Under the pieces are notes generated by a model. It ran no database searches and had not been told where the DNA came from. It saw only the letters and a program-made list of their open reading frames with translations. Both the position numbers and the translations under genes were made by a program. 64,000 nt of DNA from the human T2T-CHM13v2.0 reference genome, Homo sapiens: NCBI RefSeq assembly GCF_009914755.1, contig NC_060939.1. One strand, 5' to 3'. Of the stretch, positions 27,560-46,134 are shown piece after piece (the stretch's first letter is position 1; the number at the start of each line of letters is the position of its first letter).

Positions 27560-27913
27560 AGTTGCTTACTTCTTAAGTGACCTAATGGTGACTTCAGTGC
27601 TCGAGGGCACTTCCTAGGCTATTTGGTGGCCCTCAGTAATAAAGAGATTGTATAATCTTGTATACTGATTAGCCAATTTATCTTCGTTACAGTATCATCA
27701 CTTTCATTTGATACTACTGCAACTGAAAAAACTAAGCCTACTAACATATGCTAACAAAATACTACTTTTAGTGCATTAAATTGTAAATCAAGTCTGAATT
27801 TCCAAAATTTTTTAAGGAAAATGTTTTTAGAAATTGATGATGTTTAGATGGCCAAGATGACACCCATTAGTGGTTCTGACTGTTAAAAAAAAAAATTAAA
27901 GAAACAAAACAGA

Positions 27914-29185
<1,272 letters not shown>

Positions 29186-29354
29186 TTATTAAACTGAGAT
29201 TAAGTGGATATTAAAAATCAAAAGATAATGTCATTGCTATGTGATTTTTCAGAATTTTAATACATATGGAACTGTTTGAGTATATTTACAAGCTTCACAA
29301 TCCCCTAACATGACTACTCGAATTACCATGAGGAGCCACCAGAAAATAATGGAA

Positions 29355-29650
29355 ATAAATAGTTAATGCATATAGTACTTACTGCTCAGTCATTGTTCTA
29401 AGAGCATAATGTTCTCACTAACAGGTACTTACTGAGGTTCAATCCTAGGCTTATTTAATCTTCAGAACAGTCCTTGGAAGTAGGTCTATTATTATCATCT
29501 CCATTTTACAGGTGAGGAAATTAAGTCATGGAGCGTATAAGTAATTTCCCCAAAGGTAGGAAGCAGTGGAGCAGGAATTTGAGCACACGCAGCCTAGCTC
29601 CAGCACTCACTCCGGTGCCTGTCTCTTAGCTGGTACATCATGCTGCCTGT
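29355..29650 (-). mobile_element. MIR
   Basis: atctccattttacaggtgaggaaattaagtcatggag core. Confidence 0.7.
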
Positions 29651-30827
29651 AGTAATAACAGAAGCTACTAGTGCTTAGTTTTTAGAGCTTTGACTATGGC
29701 TGTCAGCAGTGAATGGTTATAACAAAATAAATAAAATTAAAATCCTTATTGAGGTTCAAGGGATTCAGAAAATAAACTGTTAATAATTAAGTTCAGATTA
29801 TCAGATAGTTTGCTTAAAGGATAGTAGGTGATTTAATTGTCTGAAGAATACCAAAAACTTTAAATTATTCTTTATATTTAATAATTAGTATTTCCTTAAG
29901 GTTACACACAAAAAAGAGCATGGGAGATTACAAATGCCTGCTATTAGTTTTTTTTTTTTCCAGTTCTTAGAAGATCGGGCAACAGCCTATGAAACCATAA
30001 TGTTGCCTGGCCTAAAATCCACTGGTACAGACTTTGTTTTATATTTTACTACATACAGTATGAATTATTTCAATAGGAATTTAACTCTAAGAGGCAAGGT
30101 ATGCCCAGGATTGAGGATTGCTTTCTAAAAGTTGAATTTGTCCCCAGGATGGAGCTAGGAGTCCTGGCTACTGTGTTCTGGCTGGTTCATCCCTGTGTGA
30201 TGGCAAACACTTAGGTCTGATTCCATTATTCTTTTATTTTCTCCCAGCTTTCTTAAAAACATAGGGAGACTTGGCTTGCATTGCAGTCTGTATGACCTAC
30301 GAAGGTCTTTGCTACCTTCTCTGCACATCCTTATACATGTCCTCACTCGTACTGCTGGCTCTCCTCTTATCCATCCATTTCACGGTGGTCAGCCACCCCG
30401 CTCTTTTGTCTTCTGAGCAGATTGCCTGCCACTGTTTGCATCGCTAAGTCAGCTCTGTGCTTGACTGCATCTCCTGAACTCCACCCCCACCCTGCTGCTT
30501 CTGTGGCTACCTTGCCCCACCTCCCAGAGTTTTTTTTTTGCTAATGCCACTCTTCTGTTGACCACATTGACAACTGTGCTCTGATGTGTCTGTGTTTGTA
30601 TGTGTGGTTCCTTGGCTTCTATTCTTAACTCTTTTCTTGGGGTGAGAACTATTTATATGTACTATAGGAAACCACATCATTTGAGCAGGAAGGGTCTGGC
30701 TTCCTGGACGTTTGCCACCAGGGAGGACCAAATTCACCATGTATGAGAAGTCCTGGCTTCCTTTTTTTAAAGCCTCTGTATCACAGGCACTGTAGGTTCT
30801 AAGGGTTCTCTCTCCTCTTGCATTTCA

Positions 30828-31283
<456 letters not shown>

Positions 31284-32260
31284 TCAAAAAAAACCCCACA
31301 TTGCCCTAGTCAAACTTGAGTTCCTTTACAAACATACAGTAAGAGATATTGCCGCTGTGCAAACTTTTCTAAATAAATACACTGGTGAAATGAAGATGAA
31401 TATCTTTCCTTTCAAATCTTTTATAGTTTTACCTATTTTCCCCTTTATTACCTAATTCAGATAACAGCACTCTCAGCCACTCATATATGAAAAACAAACC
31501 TCAAAGTCATTGGATTCTTTGGTCTCCCTTATACTAACTCCCTCCCCTCACTTCTCTCCTCTCCCCTCCCCTCTGCATTGAATCAGTTACCAAGCTCCTT
31601 TTTTGGTGTCTCAAATCTCCCATCCCTACTGCTGCTCCCTTCATTGAAGCTGTGGAAGAAACAATGCTTAATGATGTGCCCTGGGTTCAGAGAAATTGTC
31701 AGTTGCTTGTTTGGAGCTTGTGAACAGCTACAACGTGGATACAGCAAATTTTAAACAGCTATGCCAAACGATGGGAAGTTGCATTGAGTTTTATAGTACG
31801 TATGAAAGAAGAAAGATAAAAATGAGTTTAAGTTCACTTACATCTGAAATGATTAACATAAAGGACAAATAAATGAGGATCTATCTCCTTTGTTAACCAT
31901 GGTTGGTGACTTCCCATAATTATTTAAAACATGTTTCACAAACCTTGACACCCACACAAAGAGTGGTTTCCATTTCAGACAGAGAAAGGCTATCTAGGAA
32001 TCAATTTGACAAGAGCCCCACATCTATTTACACATTGAATGGCATAAAAACACAAGAGAATCCATCATGCATGATAGAGCTCATAGTGAGATATGATTAA
32101 TCAGCAAAGAAGTTATTTGTGTAGCTTTCTAAGTCTTAATCCAGCTTTCCTTTCAGCACAGAGTGAAAAATATTTTTCAGCACATTACAGAATACAGAAG
32201 CATTCCAGATCCAAGTAATTCACTTGGCTTTCCCTTTAATTAAGGTTGATGCTCTCTTAA

Positions 32261-32650
<390 letters not shown>

Positions 32651-33616
32651 TGAAAAGAGCTGCTATAAACATTCATGTACAGGTTTTGTGTGAACATGTT
32701 TTCATTTCTGTAGGATAAATACCTAGGAGTTAAATAGCCGAGATTGCTGATTCATAGGGTAAATGTATGTTTAACTTTATAAGCAACTGCCCAACCATTT
32801 TTCAGAGTGGCTGTACAATTTTTTATTCCTACTAGCAGTGTATGCAAATTCCAGTTGCTCAGCATCCTTCTTGGCTATTGTTATTTTTAATTTTTTTTAT
32901 TTTTAGCTCTTGTATTCGGTGTGTAGATATATCTCATTCTGGTTTTAATTTTCATTTCACTGATAGCTAATGATGTTGAGCATCTTTTTATGTACATATT
33001 TAACAACCTTATGTCCTCTCTGGTGTGTCTAGTCTAATCCTTAGCTCATTTTTTTATTGGGCCATTTTTTCCATATTATGGGTTTTAGAGTTCTTTAGAT
33101 ATTTTGTATAAAAGTCTTTTGTCAGATATATGATTGACATGATTATGCTTTTGGTGTTGCATTGAAGAATCCTTTGTCTATTCCCAAGTTGTGAAGATTT
33201 TCTCTTATGTTTTCTTCCAAACATTTTATAGTTTTGTGTTTTATGTTTAGATCTATGATCCATTTTTAGTTAATTTTTGTATGTGTTGAGATCATTTTTT
33301 GCATAAGAATGTCAAACTGTCCTAACACCATTAGTTGAAAAGATGATCCATTCGTCGTTGAATTAGTTTTGCACCTTTGGGGAAAGAAATCAATTATCTC
33401 TATTTGGGTAGATCTACTCCCGGACTCTTTATTCTGTTCCATTTATGTATGTGTTGGACCCTTCACCAAGACCACACTGTCTTCATTACTGTAGCTTCAC
33501 AGTAAGCCTTAAAACTGGATAGTGTGATTCCTCTAATGTTATTCTTCTTTTTCAAAATTGTTTTACATAGTCTAGTTCCTTGGCCTTTCCATTTAATTTT
33601 CAAAATAAGTTGACAT

Positions 33617-33754
33617 AGCTGGGCACAGTGGCTCATGCCTACAATCCCAGTGCTTCGGGAGACTGAGGTAGGAGGATTGCTTGAGCTCAGGAGTTTGAGA
33701 CCAGCCTGGGAAACATAGGGAGACTTCGTCTATAACAACAGCAGCAGCAGCAGC

Positions 33755-33790
<36 letters not shown>
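33617..33790 (+). mobile_element. FLAM/Alu monomer inserted in L1 ORF2
   Basis: Alu left-arm sequence, TSD-like agttgac on both sides. Confidence 0.8.
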
Positions 33791-33791
<1 letters not shown>

Positions 33792-33792
33792 G
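33733..33792 (+). repeat. Compound trinucleotide repeat TAA CAA (CAG)5 (CAA)12 CAG
   Basis: Read directly; derived from the Alu monomer tail. Confidence 0.95.
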
Positions 33793-35310
33793 TTGACCTA
33801 TATCTACAAAATATCCTGCTGGGATTTTGATTGGTATTGTGTTAAATCTACAGATAAACTTGGGGAGAACTGACATCTGTGCCACGTTGAGTCTTCCAAT
33901 ACATGAATATGGTATATCCTCCCATTTATTTAAGTGATCTTTGATTTCTTTCATCAGCACTTTGTAGTTTTCTGCATATAGATCCCATACGTATTTTACG
34001 AGATTTATACCTAAGTATTTCATTTTTGTTGGAGCTCTGTGAGAATGGTATTATTTTAAAAATTCCAATGTTCAATTACACACTGATGGTATATAGAAAT
34101 AAGATTAATTTTTGTTGACTTTGTACTCTGTAGCCTTGTTAAATTCACTTATTAATTCTAGGACGTTTTCATTTGTTTCATTTTGTTTTTTAAAGATTTT
34201 ATGTGATTTTCTACATAGATAATCATCTATAAATAGGAATGGTTTTATGTATTTATGTATTTCTCTCCAAGACAGAAGACTTTTTTTCCTTGCCTTATTG
34301 CATGGCCTAAGACTTCCAGTACACTGTTGAAGTGGTGAGAGTGGCCATCCTTCCTTGTTCCCAGTTTTAGGGAGAAAGCAGTCTGTCTTTCACCATGTTA
34401 GCTATAGATTTTATGTAAATGCCATTTGTCAGATTAAGGAGGTTCTCTTCTGTTCTTAGTTTGCTGAGAGACTTTTATAAAATGTATTTTTATCATCATG
34501 ATGTTGAATTTCATCAAATGCTTTTTCTGCACCAATTGCTAGAAACATATAGGGTTTTTTCCTTTAAATCATTAATATGGTGGATTACATTGATTGTTTT
34601 CAAATATTGACCTAGCCTTTTATTCCTGGGATAAACTACCTGATCGTGGCTAGACTCAATTTGCTAGTATTTTGTTGTGAATTTTTGTGTCTATGTTCAT
34701 GAGGAATATTGGTCTGCAGTTTTCTTTTTTCAATTGTCTTTGTCTGGTTTTGGTATCATGGTGATGATGGCCTCAGGAAATGAGGTGGGAAGTGACCACA
34801 GCATTTACTATACATTTTACAGTGGTTGTTTTAGGGATTACAAATAGATAGCAACATTTCACAGTATACATAGCATCAGTATTTTACCACTTCAATTTGA
34901 ATGTAGGAACATTACTACCATACAGGTCCCTTTCCCATAGCCCTTTGTGCTGCAGTTGTCATATATTGTATCCACATATATTGAAAATGCCATCAGACAG
35001 TATGGCAATTTTTGCTTTTGACTGTCAAATATACTTTAAAGAACTCAGAAAGAGAAGACTCATCTTTATGTTTATCAACATATTTATTATTTCTGATGCT
35101 CTTCTTTCATTTTTGATGTTCCAAGTTCAATTCTGGTATCATTTCCTTCTGTCTGAAGAATTTCCTATAGTTATTCTTTTAGAATTGGTCTGCTAGCAAT
35201 GAATTCTTTGTCTGATTTTTTTTTTCACTTTCATTTTTGAAGAATGTTTTTGTTGAGTATGTAATTCTGGGTTGATCATTTTTTTCTTTCAGCACTTTAA
35301 AAACATAATG

Positions 35311-35445
35311 CAGGCCATGGTGACCTGTGCCTGTAATCCCAGCTACTCGGGAGGTTGTGGTGGGAGGGTTGCTTGAGCCCAGGTGTTTGAGTTCAGTCTG
35401 GGCAACACAGGAGACCTCGGCTCAAAAAATAAATAAAATTTAAAA
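35311..35445 (+). mobile_element. FLAM-type Alu monomer
   Basis: Monomer flanked by aaaaacata(a/g)tgc TSD. Confidence 0.75.
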
Positions 35446-37519
35446 TTAAAAACATAGTGCTACTTCCTTCTGACCTCCAAGGTTTCTGATGAGAAATCTG
35501 CCATCATTCAAATCACTGTTCTCCAGTAAGTAATGTATCATTTTTCTCTGGTCAATTTTTTTCTTTGCTGTCAATTTTTTTCCCTCTGTCTTTAGTTTGT
35601 GGCCCTTCATTTGATATGGATTCATTTGAGTTAGTCCTGTTTAGCATTCTCTACATTTATTTAATCTGTGGGTTTACGTCTTTGATCAAACTTGGGAGGT
35701 TTTCAGTGATTTCTTCAAGTAGTTTCTCTGCATCATGCTCTTTCTCTTCTGGGACTCTTATAATACAAATGTTATACCTTTTGTTATTGCCCCACACTTC
35801 TCTGAGGCTTTGGGCTTTTTCTTTAGCCCATTTACTCTCTTGTTCAAATTGAGTAATTTTCTGTTGTAATATCTTCAAGTTTACTCTCTCCTCTGTAATC
35901 CCTGTTTTGCTATTGAGCCTATCCAATGAATTTTTCATTGCACTTACTTTATTTTTTGGTAAAATTTTCTTTGAATTTTCTTAATATCTTCTATTCTTTC
36001 TCTGAGACTTTCTAGTTTTCTATTAGTTTCCAGAGCCTTTGCAATTTTGTTAAAGCATTTTCCTAATAGCTGCTTTAAAGCCTTTGTCAGATAATTTCAA
36101 CATCTGTGTTATCTTGACATTGACATTTACTGATTGTCTTTTTTCCCCAGGTGAGTTGAGATTTTCTATATTCTGCATACTCCAAATGATTTTGGATTGT
36201 AGCCTGACATTTTGAATATTATACCACATGACTCTGAATCTTGTTTAATTTTCATGGAGAATGTTGATTTGTTTTGTTTTAGCAGGTGATCAACCTGGTT
36301 AGTTTCAGGCTGCAAGTTCTGACATGCTTTCTGTGGACTGTGATTCCAATGCCAGTTCAGTTTTCAAAGTCTTTGTAGTGCTATTGAGATCTGACCTATG
36401 TGCGTGCAGCCCAGTAGTCAGTCTGGGACCTTGGTAGCAGTCTGGTCATTACTTCAGTTCTTACTGTCTTTGAGATCTTTCTTCTTTTTACATGTGGGTC
36501 TTTATAGTTATAAATATCCTTCTGAATACTGCTTTTACTGTATCCCATAAATTTTGGTATATTGTGTTTTCATTTTGTTCGCCTTGAAGTATTTTCTAAT
36601 TTCTCTTGTGATTTCTTCTTTGATCTATTGATTATTTAAGAGTGTATTGTTTAATTGTCACATATTTGTAAATTTTCCAAATTTTCATTTGTTATTAATT
36701 TATCATTTTATTTTGTTGTGGCCTGAGAATACACTTTGTTTAACTTAAATCTTTTTAAAACTTATTGAGACTTGTTTTATGGCCTAACAGATGATGTATC
36801 TTGGAAAATGTTCCATATGCTTATAAAATGAATATATATTTTGCTGTCATTGAGTGTTCTACTGATGTCTGTTACCTTGAGTTGGCATATAGTATTGGCT
36901 AAGGCTTCTATTTTCTTAATGAACTTCTGTCTAGTTCTAATATTAGTGAAAGTTGAATATTAGAGCCTACAACTATTATTTGAGAACTATCTGCTTCTCC
37001 CTTCAATTCTGTCAGTTTTTGCTTCATATCTTATGAGGCTCTGCTATTGGGTGCATATATGTTTATAATTGTTATATCTTTTTGATATAGTTACCTTTTT
37101 AATCATTATATCATGTCTATCATGTCCTTCTTTGTCTCTAGTAACAATATTTGTCTTAGAGTCTATTTTACCTGATAGGTGTAGCCACTCCAACTATTTT
37201 TTTATTACTGTTTGCATGAAATGTCTTTATCCATCCTTTTACTTTAAAACTTTAAAAATCTTTGAATCTGAAGTGAGTCTCTGCAGATAGCATGTAATTA
37301 CACCATATTTTAAATATTCATTGTGCTAGTCTCTGTCTTAGAGAGCTTTATCTATTTACATTTAATATAATTACTGGTAAGGAAGAACTTACCTCTGCCA
37401 TACTGCTATTTATTTTCTATATGTTATGTCTTTTTTTTTGTCCCTCAACTCCATCATTACTGCTTTCTTCTGTGTTAAATAGGTATTTTCTAGTGTATCA
37501 TTTTAATTCACTTAGTATT

Positions 37520-37650
37520 TCTTTTCTTTTTTAAGATATGGGGCCCTGCTATGTTTCCTAGGCTGGCCTTGAACCCCTGGGCTTAAGTGATCTTCCTGCC
37601 TTAACCTCTTGAGTGGCTGGGACTACAGGCATGCACTACCACACCTGGCT
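37520..37650 (-). mobile_element. FLAM-type Alu monomer
   Basis: Diverged Alu arm with poly(T). Confidence 0.7.
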
Positions 37651-37761
37651 CTTGTTCTTTCTTTTATCATATGTTTTTCAGTTATTTTCTTAGTGCTTGC
37701 CCTGGGGATTATCAGTAACATCTTAATTTATAACAGTCTACTTTAATTTAATGCCAATTAC

Positions 37762-38059
37762 TTTTTTTTTTTTTTTTTGAGATGGAGTGTCACTCTGTTG
37801 CCCAGGCTGAAGAGCAGTGGCAAGATCTCAGCTCACTGCAACCTCTGCCTCCTAGGTTCAAGTGATTCTCGTGCCTCAGCCTCCTGAGTAGCTGGGATTA
37901 CAGGCATGTGCCACCACACAGGCTAATTTTTGTATTTTCAATAGAGATGGGGTTTCACTATGTTGGCCAGGCTGGTCTTGAACTCTCGACCTCAGGTGAT
38001 CCACCTGCCTTCGCCTCCCAAAGTGCTGGGATTAGAGGTGTGAGCCCTTGCATCTGGCC
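37762..38059 (-). mobile_element. AluS
   Basis: Full-length, TSD-like ccaatta. Confidence 0.9.
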
Positions 38060-39057
38060 TAACACCAATTATTTTCAATAATATACACAAAGTTTACTCT
38101 TATAAAGCTCCATCCTCCCCCCATGTTATTCTGTTATTATCACAAGTTACAACTTTGTACATTGTGTACCCATCAACATAGATTTGTAATGATTGCTTTA
38201 TGTGGTTGTCTTGTAAATCATGTAGAAAATAAAAAGTAGTTACAAACAAAAAATACATTTATAATGCCTTTTATATTTACCTATGTAGTTAAATTTACTG
38301 GTCCTCTTTATTTCTTCATGTGGATCTTAGGTTATTGTCTTATGTCTTTTCATTTCTGCCTGAAAAACTATCTTTAGTATCCCTCATAGTAGGTTTGCTA
38401 GTAATGAATTCTCTCAGTTCTTGGTTATCTGGGAATATCTTAATTTATCCTTCATTTTTAAAGGATAGTTTTGCTGCATATATAATTTTTAGTGGACATT
38501 GTTTTGCTTTCAGCACATTGACTATGTCATCCCAAGGTCTTCTGGTCTTCCTGGCTTCTGATGAGAGGTCAGCTTTTTTAATCTAATTAAGCATCCTTTC
38601 CATGTGATGAGTTGCTTCTCTCTTGCTGCTTTCAAGATTCTTTTCCTTTGGCTTTTAACAGTTTGACTATAACGTTAATTGGTATGGATCTCCTTGAGTT
38701 TATCCTACTTGGAGTTCATTGAGCTTCTTGGATATGTAGATTCGTATCTTTCATTAAATTTGTAAAATTTTGGCCATTATTTCTTTAAATATTGTTTCTG
38801 CCAGTTTCCCTTCTCTCTTTCTATAACTCTCATGATGCCTATGTTGTTCTGCTGGATGGTGTTCTACAGGTTTCAGACTGTTCAATTTCTCTTCATTTCC
38901 TCCCCCTGTTCCTTAGACTGGGTAATTTTTAACTGATTTATCTTCCAGTTTGCTGATTCTTTAATCTACCTGCTCAAATGTGCTATTGGGCCTCTAGAGT
39001 GAATTTTTCATTTCAGTTATTGTACTTTCCAATGTCAGAATTTCCTTCCCTTCCTTC

Positions 39058-39407
<350 letters not shown>

Positions 39408-41221
39408 ATTTTTTTAAAAATATATATAATTTCTACCTCTTTTTTTTTGAGACCTCGTCTACTACTTGATATAATTTCCACCTCTTTATTGATAGTCCCT
39501 TATTTGGTGAAAAATCCTTCTCATACTTTCCTTTAGTTCTTTAGAGATGATTTCCTTTAGGTCTTTAAATATATTTAAAATAGCTAAAATAGTTGAGTTA
39601 AACTCTTTGCTAAAACATCTAATATCCAGGATTCCTAAGGGATGGTTTTTAAGATTGTCCTTTTTCCTGTGTGTGGACCATAGTTTCTTATTTCTTTGCA
39701 TGTTTTGTCATTTTTATTTAAAAGTGGACATGTTGAGTATTATAATGTGGCAATTCTAGAAATCAGATTCTCTCCCCTCTCAGGCTTGTTGTTATTGCTT
39801 AGTGTAGTTGTTGTTTGTTTAGTGTAGTTGTTGTTTGTTGTTTGTTTAGTGATTTTTGTAGTTGTTGTTTGCTTAGTGATTTTTCTGAAATAATATTGTA
39901 AAGTCTATATTCTTTATGTTGTGTGGCCACTGAAGTTTGTATTTTATTAGCTTAGTGGTCAGTTAATACTTAGAGATTTCCTTAAATGTGTGGAACAAAA
40001 ACAACAAAATCTTCTAGTCTTTTCTGAGAAGCTGTATGTGTATATAGGGGCACATCTTCAACACTCAGGCAGTTTACATCTTTGCTTTAGCTTTCACTTC
40101 CTGCTTGCACAGAGCCTCAAGATCAAGTCAGCCAGAAATGAGCTTATAGCCTTCTCAGGTCTTCCTGAGTATACACACAGCCCTATGCATGCACATAGCT
40201 TTCTAAATTCCCAGGAATGTGTTAGAGCTTTTCAAAGCTCTTATGGACATCAGTTTTTCTCCCTAGTTTTTTGGTTAGTCTATTGTTTGCCCCAGCTGTC
40301 ATCCGTCACCTCAGGGAGCAAGCACTAAACCCTTTGCCTGTAAATGTTTTTGACAACCCTTCCTCCACCCCTTCTAACTAGAAGCTTTAGTACTGGGCCT
40401 GTTCCAACTCAGGTGAAATACAGACGAACCTTTCAGCTAGGCTTTCAAGGAGCTGCCCTGTAATTACAAAACAAGTAATTATAATTCTTTGCATATGAGA
40501 TTCTTTCTGCTCCTACTGGTACTAGGAATGCAGGTTGTTGTTTTCAAGGTGACTACTCAACTGGAGAGCAGAGGATAGGACAGGGCTAAGTTAAAATGTC
40601 ACAAAGCTCACTTTTCTTATCAAGATCCAGCCATTTTGTTTAAATAAGAATGCCCTAGGTTGCTTAATAAGCCATTGCTTAATTTCCAGAGTGCCACAAG
40701 ATATAGACTCTGACAGTTTTTGCCAACTTTGTTGTTGCTTTTATGGTGGGGCAGAATTCCAGAGTTCCTTACTCTACCTGCTTTTGTTCATGTCACCCCA
40801 TTCAATGCCTTTGGTATGTGAATAAGGAGCAGACTCCTCCACCCCTGACAGACACAGTCTGCAGGTGAGCTCTGGAGTTCATAACTTTATGGCATTACTT
40901 TTCCAAGTTCCCCCTCTCACTATCTCCCTGATATCTCCAGTTCCTCAGAGTTTCCGTTTTCTATCCTCCAACCAGAAAGCTGGGGCTCAAATCAAAGCAA
41001 AGAGCAACGATTGACTTCACCCTCTTGAATTTTGATGCAGTGGGTAGGGACTTCACCAGACCACTGGATTTCCTGCACCTGACTTGAGGCAGGGGGTGGG
41101 GGTGGGGCTATGGGACAATAGAAAGGGAAAAAGGTACTCTTGGAATAAACAGATGAGATTATAAGCAGATGAGATGAGGTCAAAGAATAATTTCATTTAA
41201 TATTAAAAGATATATAACCTT

Positions 41222-41545
41222 GGCTGGGCACGGTGGCTCACGCCTGTAATCCCAGCACTTTGGGAGGCAGAGGCAGGTGGATCACCTGAGGTCAGGAGTT
41301 CCAGACCAGTCTGAACAACGTGGCAAAACCCCATCTCTACTAAAAAATAAAAATAATAAATTAGCTGGGCACGGTGGCATGCGCCTGTAATCCCAGCCAC
41401 TTGGGGGCTGAGGCAGGAGAATTGCTTGAACCTGGGAGGCGGAGGCTGCAGTGAGCCGAGATCGTGCCATTGCCCTCCAGCCTGGGTGACAGAGCGAGAC
41501 TCCGTCTTAAAAAAAAAAAAAAGAAAAGAAGAGAAAAAGAAAAAA
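41222..41545 (+). mobile_element. AluS
   Basis: Full-length Alu. Confidence 0.92.
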
Positions 41546-43059
41546 GATATATGACCTCATATTGTACCCCAAGCTGATAAAGCAAAAAATGTTAGTTATA
41601 AGGAACAGCCTCTTTGCCTCCAATGTCTTCTCACTCCAAAAAGATAACACAGAAACACAAGCACGTCAATCTTTGCTTTAAAACAATAGCAGCTTCCCAT
41701 CACACTTAAGATAAAAACACAATTTCATTGCAGTGTTGAATGCAATGAACAAACCAAAGAGTGTATTAAAGGAAAACCTTATAATCTCCATTGGCAACCC
41801 TATTCTACAATTTGGACATTGACACTTCCTCATACTATGTAAAGTGCTATGAAAATGTAGCTTTAACTCTTTCCTTCCATCCATGGCAGCCCTTAATCTT
41901 AACACCCTATAGAGATTTCTGTTACTCATATACATTCAAAGCTCTTGAGAATCTGCCCTCATCTTCCCATCCTGTCTCATCTTGTTCTTCATCCCCACAT
42001 TTCCTCAAGGACCCTTTGCAAACATGCCGTCATCATCAAAATTAAAAAATAAAATAATCTTAGAACTTGAGAACCCCAAATGCCAAGGCATTTGATGACC
42101 CCAGCTGTGAGAAAACCTGTCCTAGAGCTTTCAGCTACCTCTGATGTTTGTGGAAGAACTAGATAAATGAAAGCTGTCTTGGTGATGTCAGGGACCTCAG
42201 CCATTGCATGTAAACGTACGTTACTATCCTGGCTTTAGGCATGATTTAATTAGATTATCATGGCTGTGTTACTTATTATAGGGTTTGCGAAATTTTTCAA
42301 AATAATATTCACTTTACAAAATATGCCAATACCCTCAAATATTTCAAATCACATAGTGAAATAACTTATAACTATGTTTTTAGTATAACAAGTATTCAGC
42401 ACTAATAAATGATTTCTTTGAATAGTGGTACTTTTGTGATGCAAAGTGTGCTTTCTTACACATGGTGACACTGATTTCTGATCAGGTTGATTATCTTCCT
42501 TTCCCTCTAATTGAAGTTTGTGGCTTCTGTAACTATTTCTGGGTTTGGATTTACTTGTAGATGCTATAAATAGCTCCACTAGGTTTTTATTTTTCACATT
42601 ATGGTAGCACTGACTTCACAGAAAAAAATTCCACTTATGAATACTTTTGAAAAGGTCATTAATGAGGCCATTTTTCTAACCACCAAATACATGATTTCTT
42701 AACTGGCAGGCCTAAGAGCAATTCCTGAGGGCCACTCTCCATCCTTTTGTATCAAAGGAAACTATAAACAAATGAAATCTATAAACTGTCTGGGCCCCAA
42801 TTAATCATTCTCCTGACTTTGAATAGAAATTTAAGCTGCACTTGATTTATTACAATATTTGCTCTGTCCTTAACTGCATCATGTGTACTGCTACTAAAGT
42901 CACGAGGAGCCCAGAACCGCATGTGCTTAATCAGTCATGATTAATAATAGCTGTGATCCTCCACGCCCATATTCATCTTTTGACTCACAGATTAAATCTT
43001 TGGGCTTTTCTGTTAAAAGGATACACCTGAATGCCCTAATCAGTCTCAAAACCTGGCGT

Positions 43060-43084
43060 ACACACACACACACACACACACACA
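43060..43084 (+). repeat. (CA)12 microsatellite
   Basis: Read directly. Confidence 0.95.
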
Positions 43085-43102
43085 AAAAAAACTTGTTTTT
43101 TA

Positions 43103-43460
<358 letters not shown>

Positions 43461-44069
43461 TCATGACTCTTTTTGTTTAATTTGGTTTTGAGAAAAAACA
43501 AAAGCTGTTTCTGATTAACATATGGCCAGTGTCAGTGTTCCCTTTGAGATGTGCCCATCCACATTGGCATTCGGGATGAAGCTACTCCACCAGCCCCTCT
43601 TTATTGTACTTCTGTCCCTGGGGAGTGATTTATCAAACATTAACAACAGTTGCAGCATGACAGCAACTAAATTAAATGAATTAAATGAAACTGTGTGCTC
43701 TGTGAACTGTAAATGCTACACAAGTGTCAAAGGACATGGCTGTGTGAATATCATTGCAAATCTTCTCTATATTGGGGTATATCTATTATTAAGGATATTT
43801 GATTTTGAACATGATGCCACTAAGCCTGAAGGTGGTTAAATGAAAACATACTTTTTGTTAAGGGGTTGTACATAATGTGTTCTGTTTCATTCAAATAATA
43901 GGTATGGCAATACCTGAATTTGTGGAACTTTTGCATTAACTTCCAAGAGAATACCTATGTATGGCATAACTTTATTGGACTTTGCATAGACTCTTGTCTA
44001 TTAAACATAAGGTCCAAACTCATGTCCTTGTGGTAAGAGTCCCTGTGTGTCTTTCCTAGGAAGGACTGA

Positions 44070-45048
<979 letters not shown>

Positions 45049-45455
45049 TAAAACTTGTTTTATATGCAGTTATCTTTTCATGGGAAACAGTTGCCCTTCA
45101 CCTGCAAGGAATCTCATAAATTATATGGGAACATTTCCTTAATGATAGAGTTAAATGTTAACATAAAGACATGATGTTAGTGGAGCTAGGTCCAGTTCAT
45201 ACTTGAAGAAACCCCTGTTTCAAGATCCCATGGTATTCTATACTTGAGTTCTAAAACTATTCCTACCCTATAATTTAATTCCAGAACTACTGATCATAAA
45301 GTTGTCTTATCCACTCTAAATTTTACATCCAGCTATTTTAATTTCCATCCACTTCTTCATACAGGGCTGCCTTTTACATTTAGTAGTTATAGGAAGAACA
45401 CCAGGATAGAACCTTGTTGTGCTTACTTACAGAGTTTTTATGTGTGAAAGACTAA

Positions 45456-46134
<679 letters not shown>

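Larger units (their letters stand above)
27150..27913 (-). other. TRPM1: TRPM1 3' UTR (approximate end)
   Basis: Follows the stop codon; AATAAA on the minus strand at 27352-27347 and 27176-27171, the latter followed by a T/GT-rich stretch. Confidence 0.7.

Noticed and set aside
33730-34023. ORF ending in poly-Leu (poly-Gln on the other strand)
   Set aside because: Dead L1 ORF2 fragment running into an Alu-tail microsatellite; not a polyQ gene
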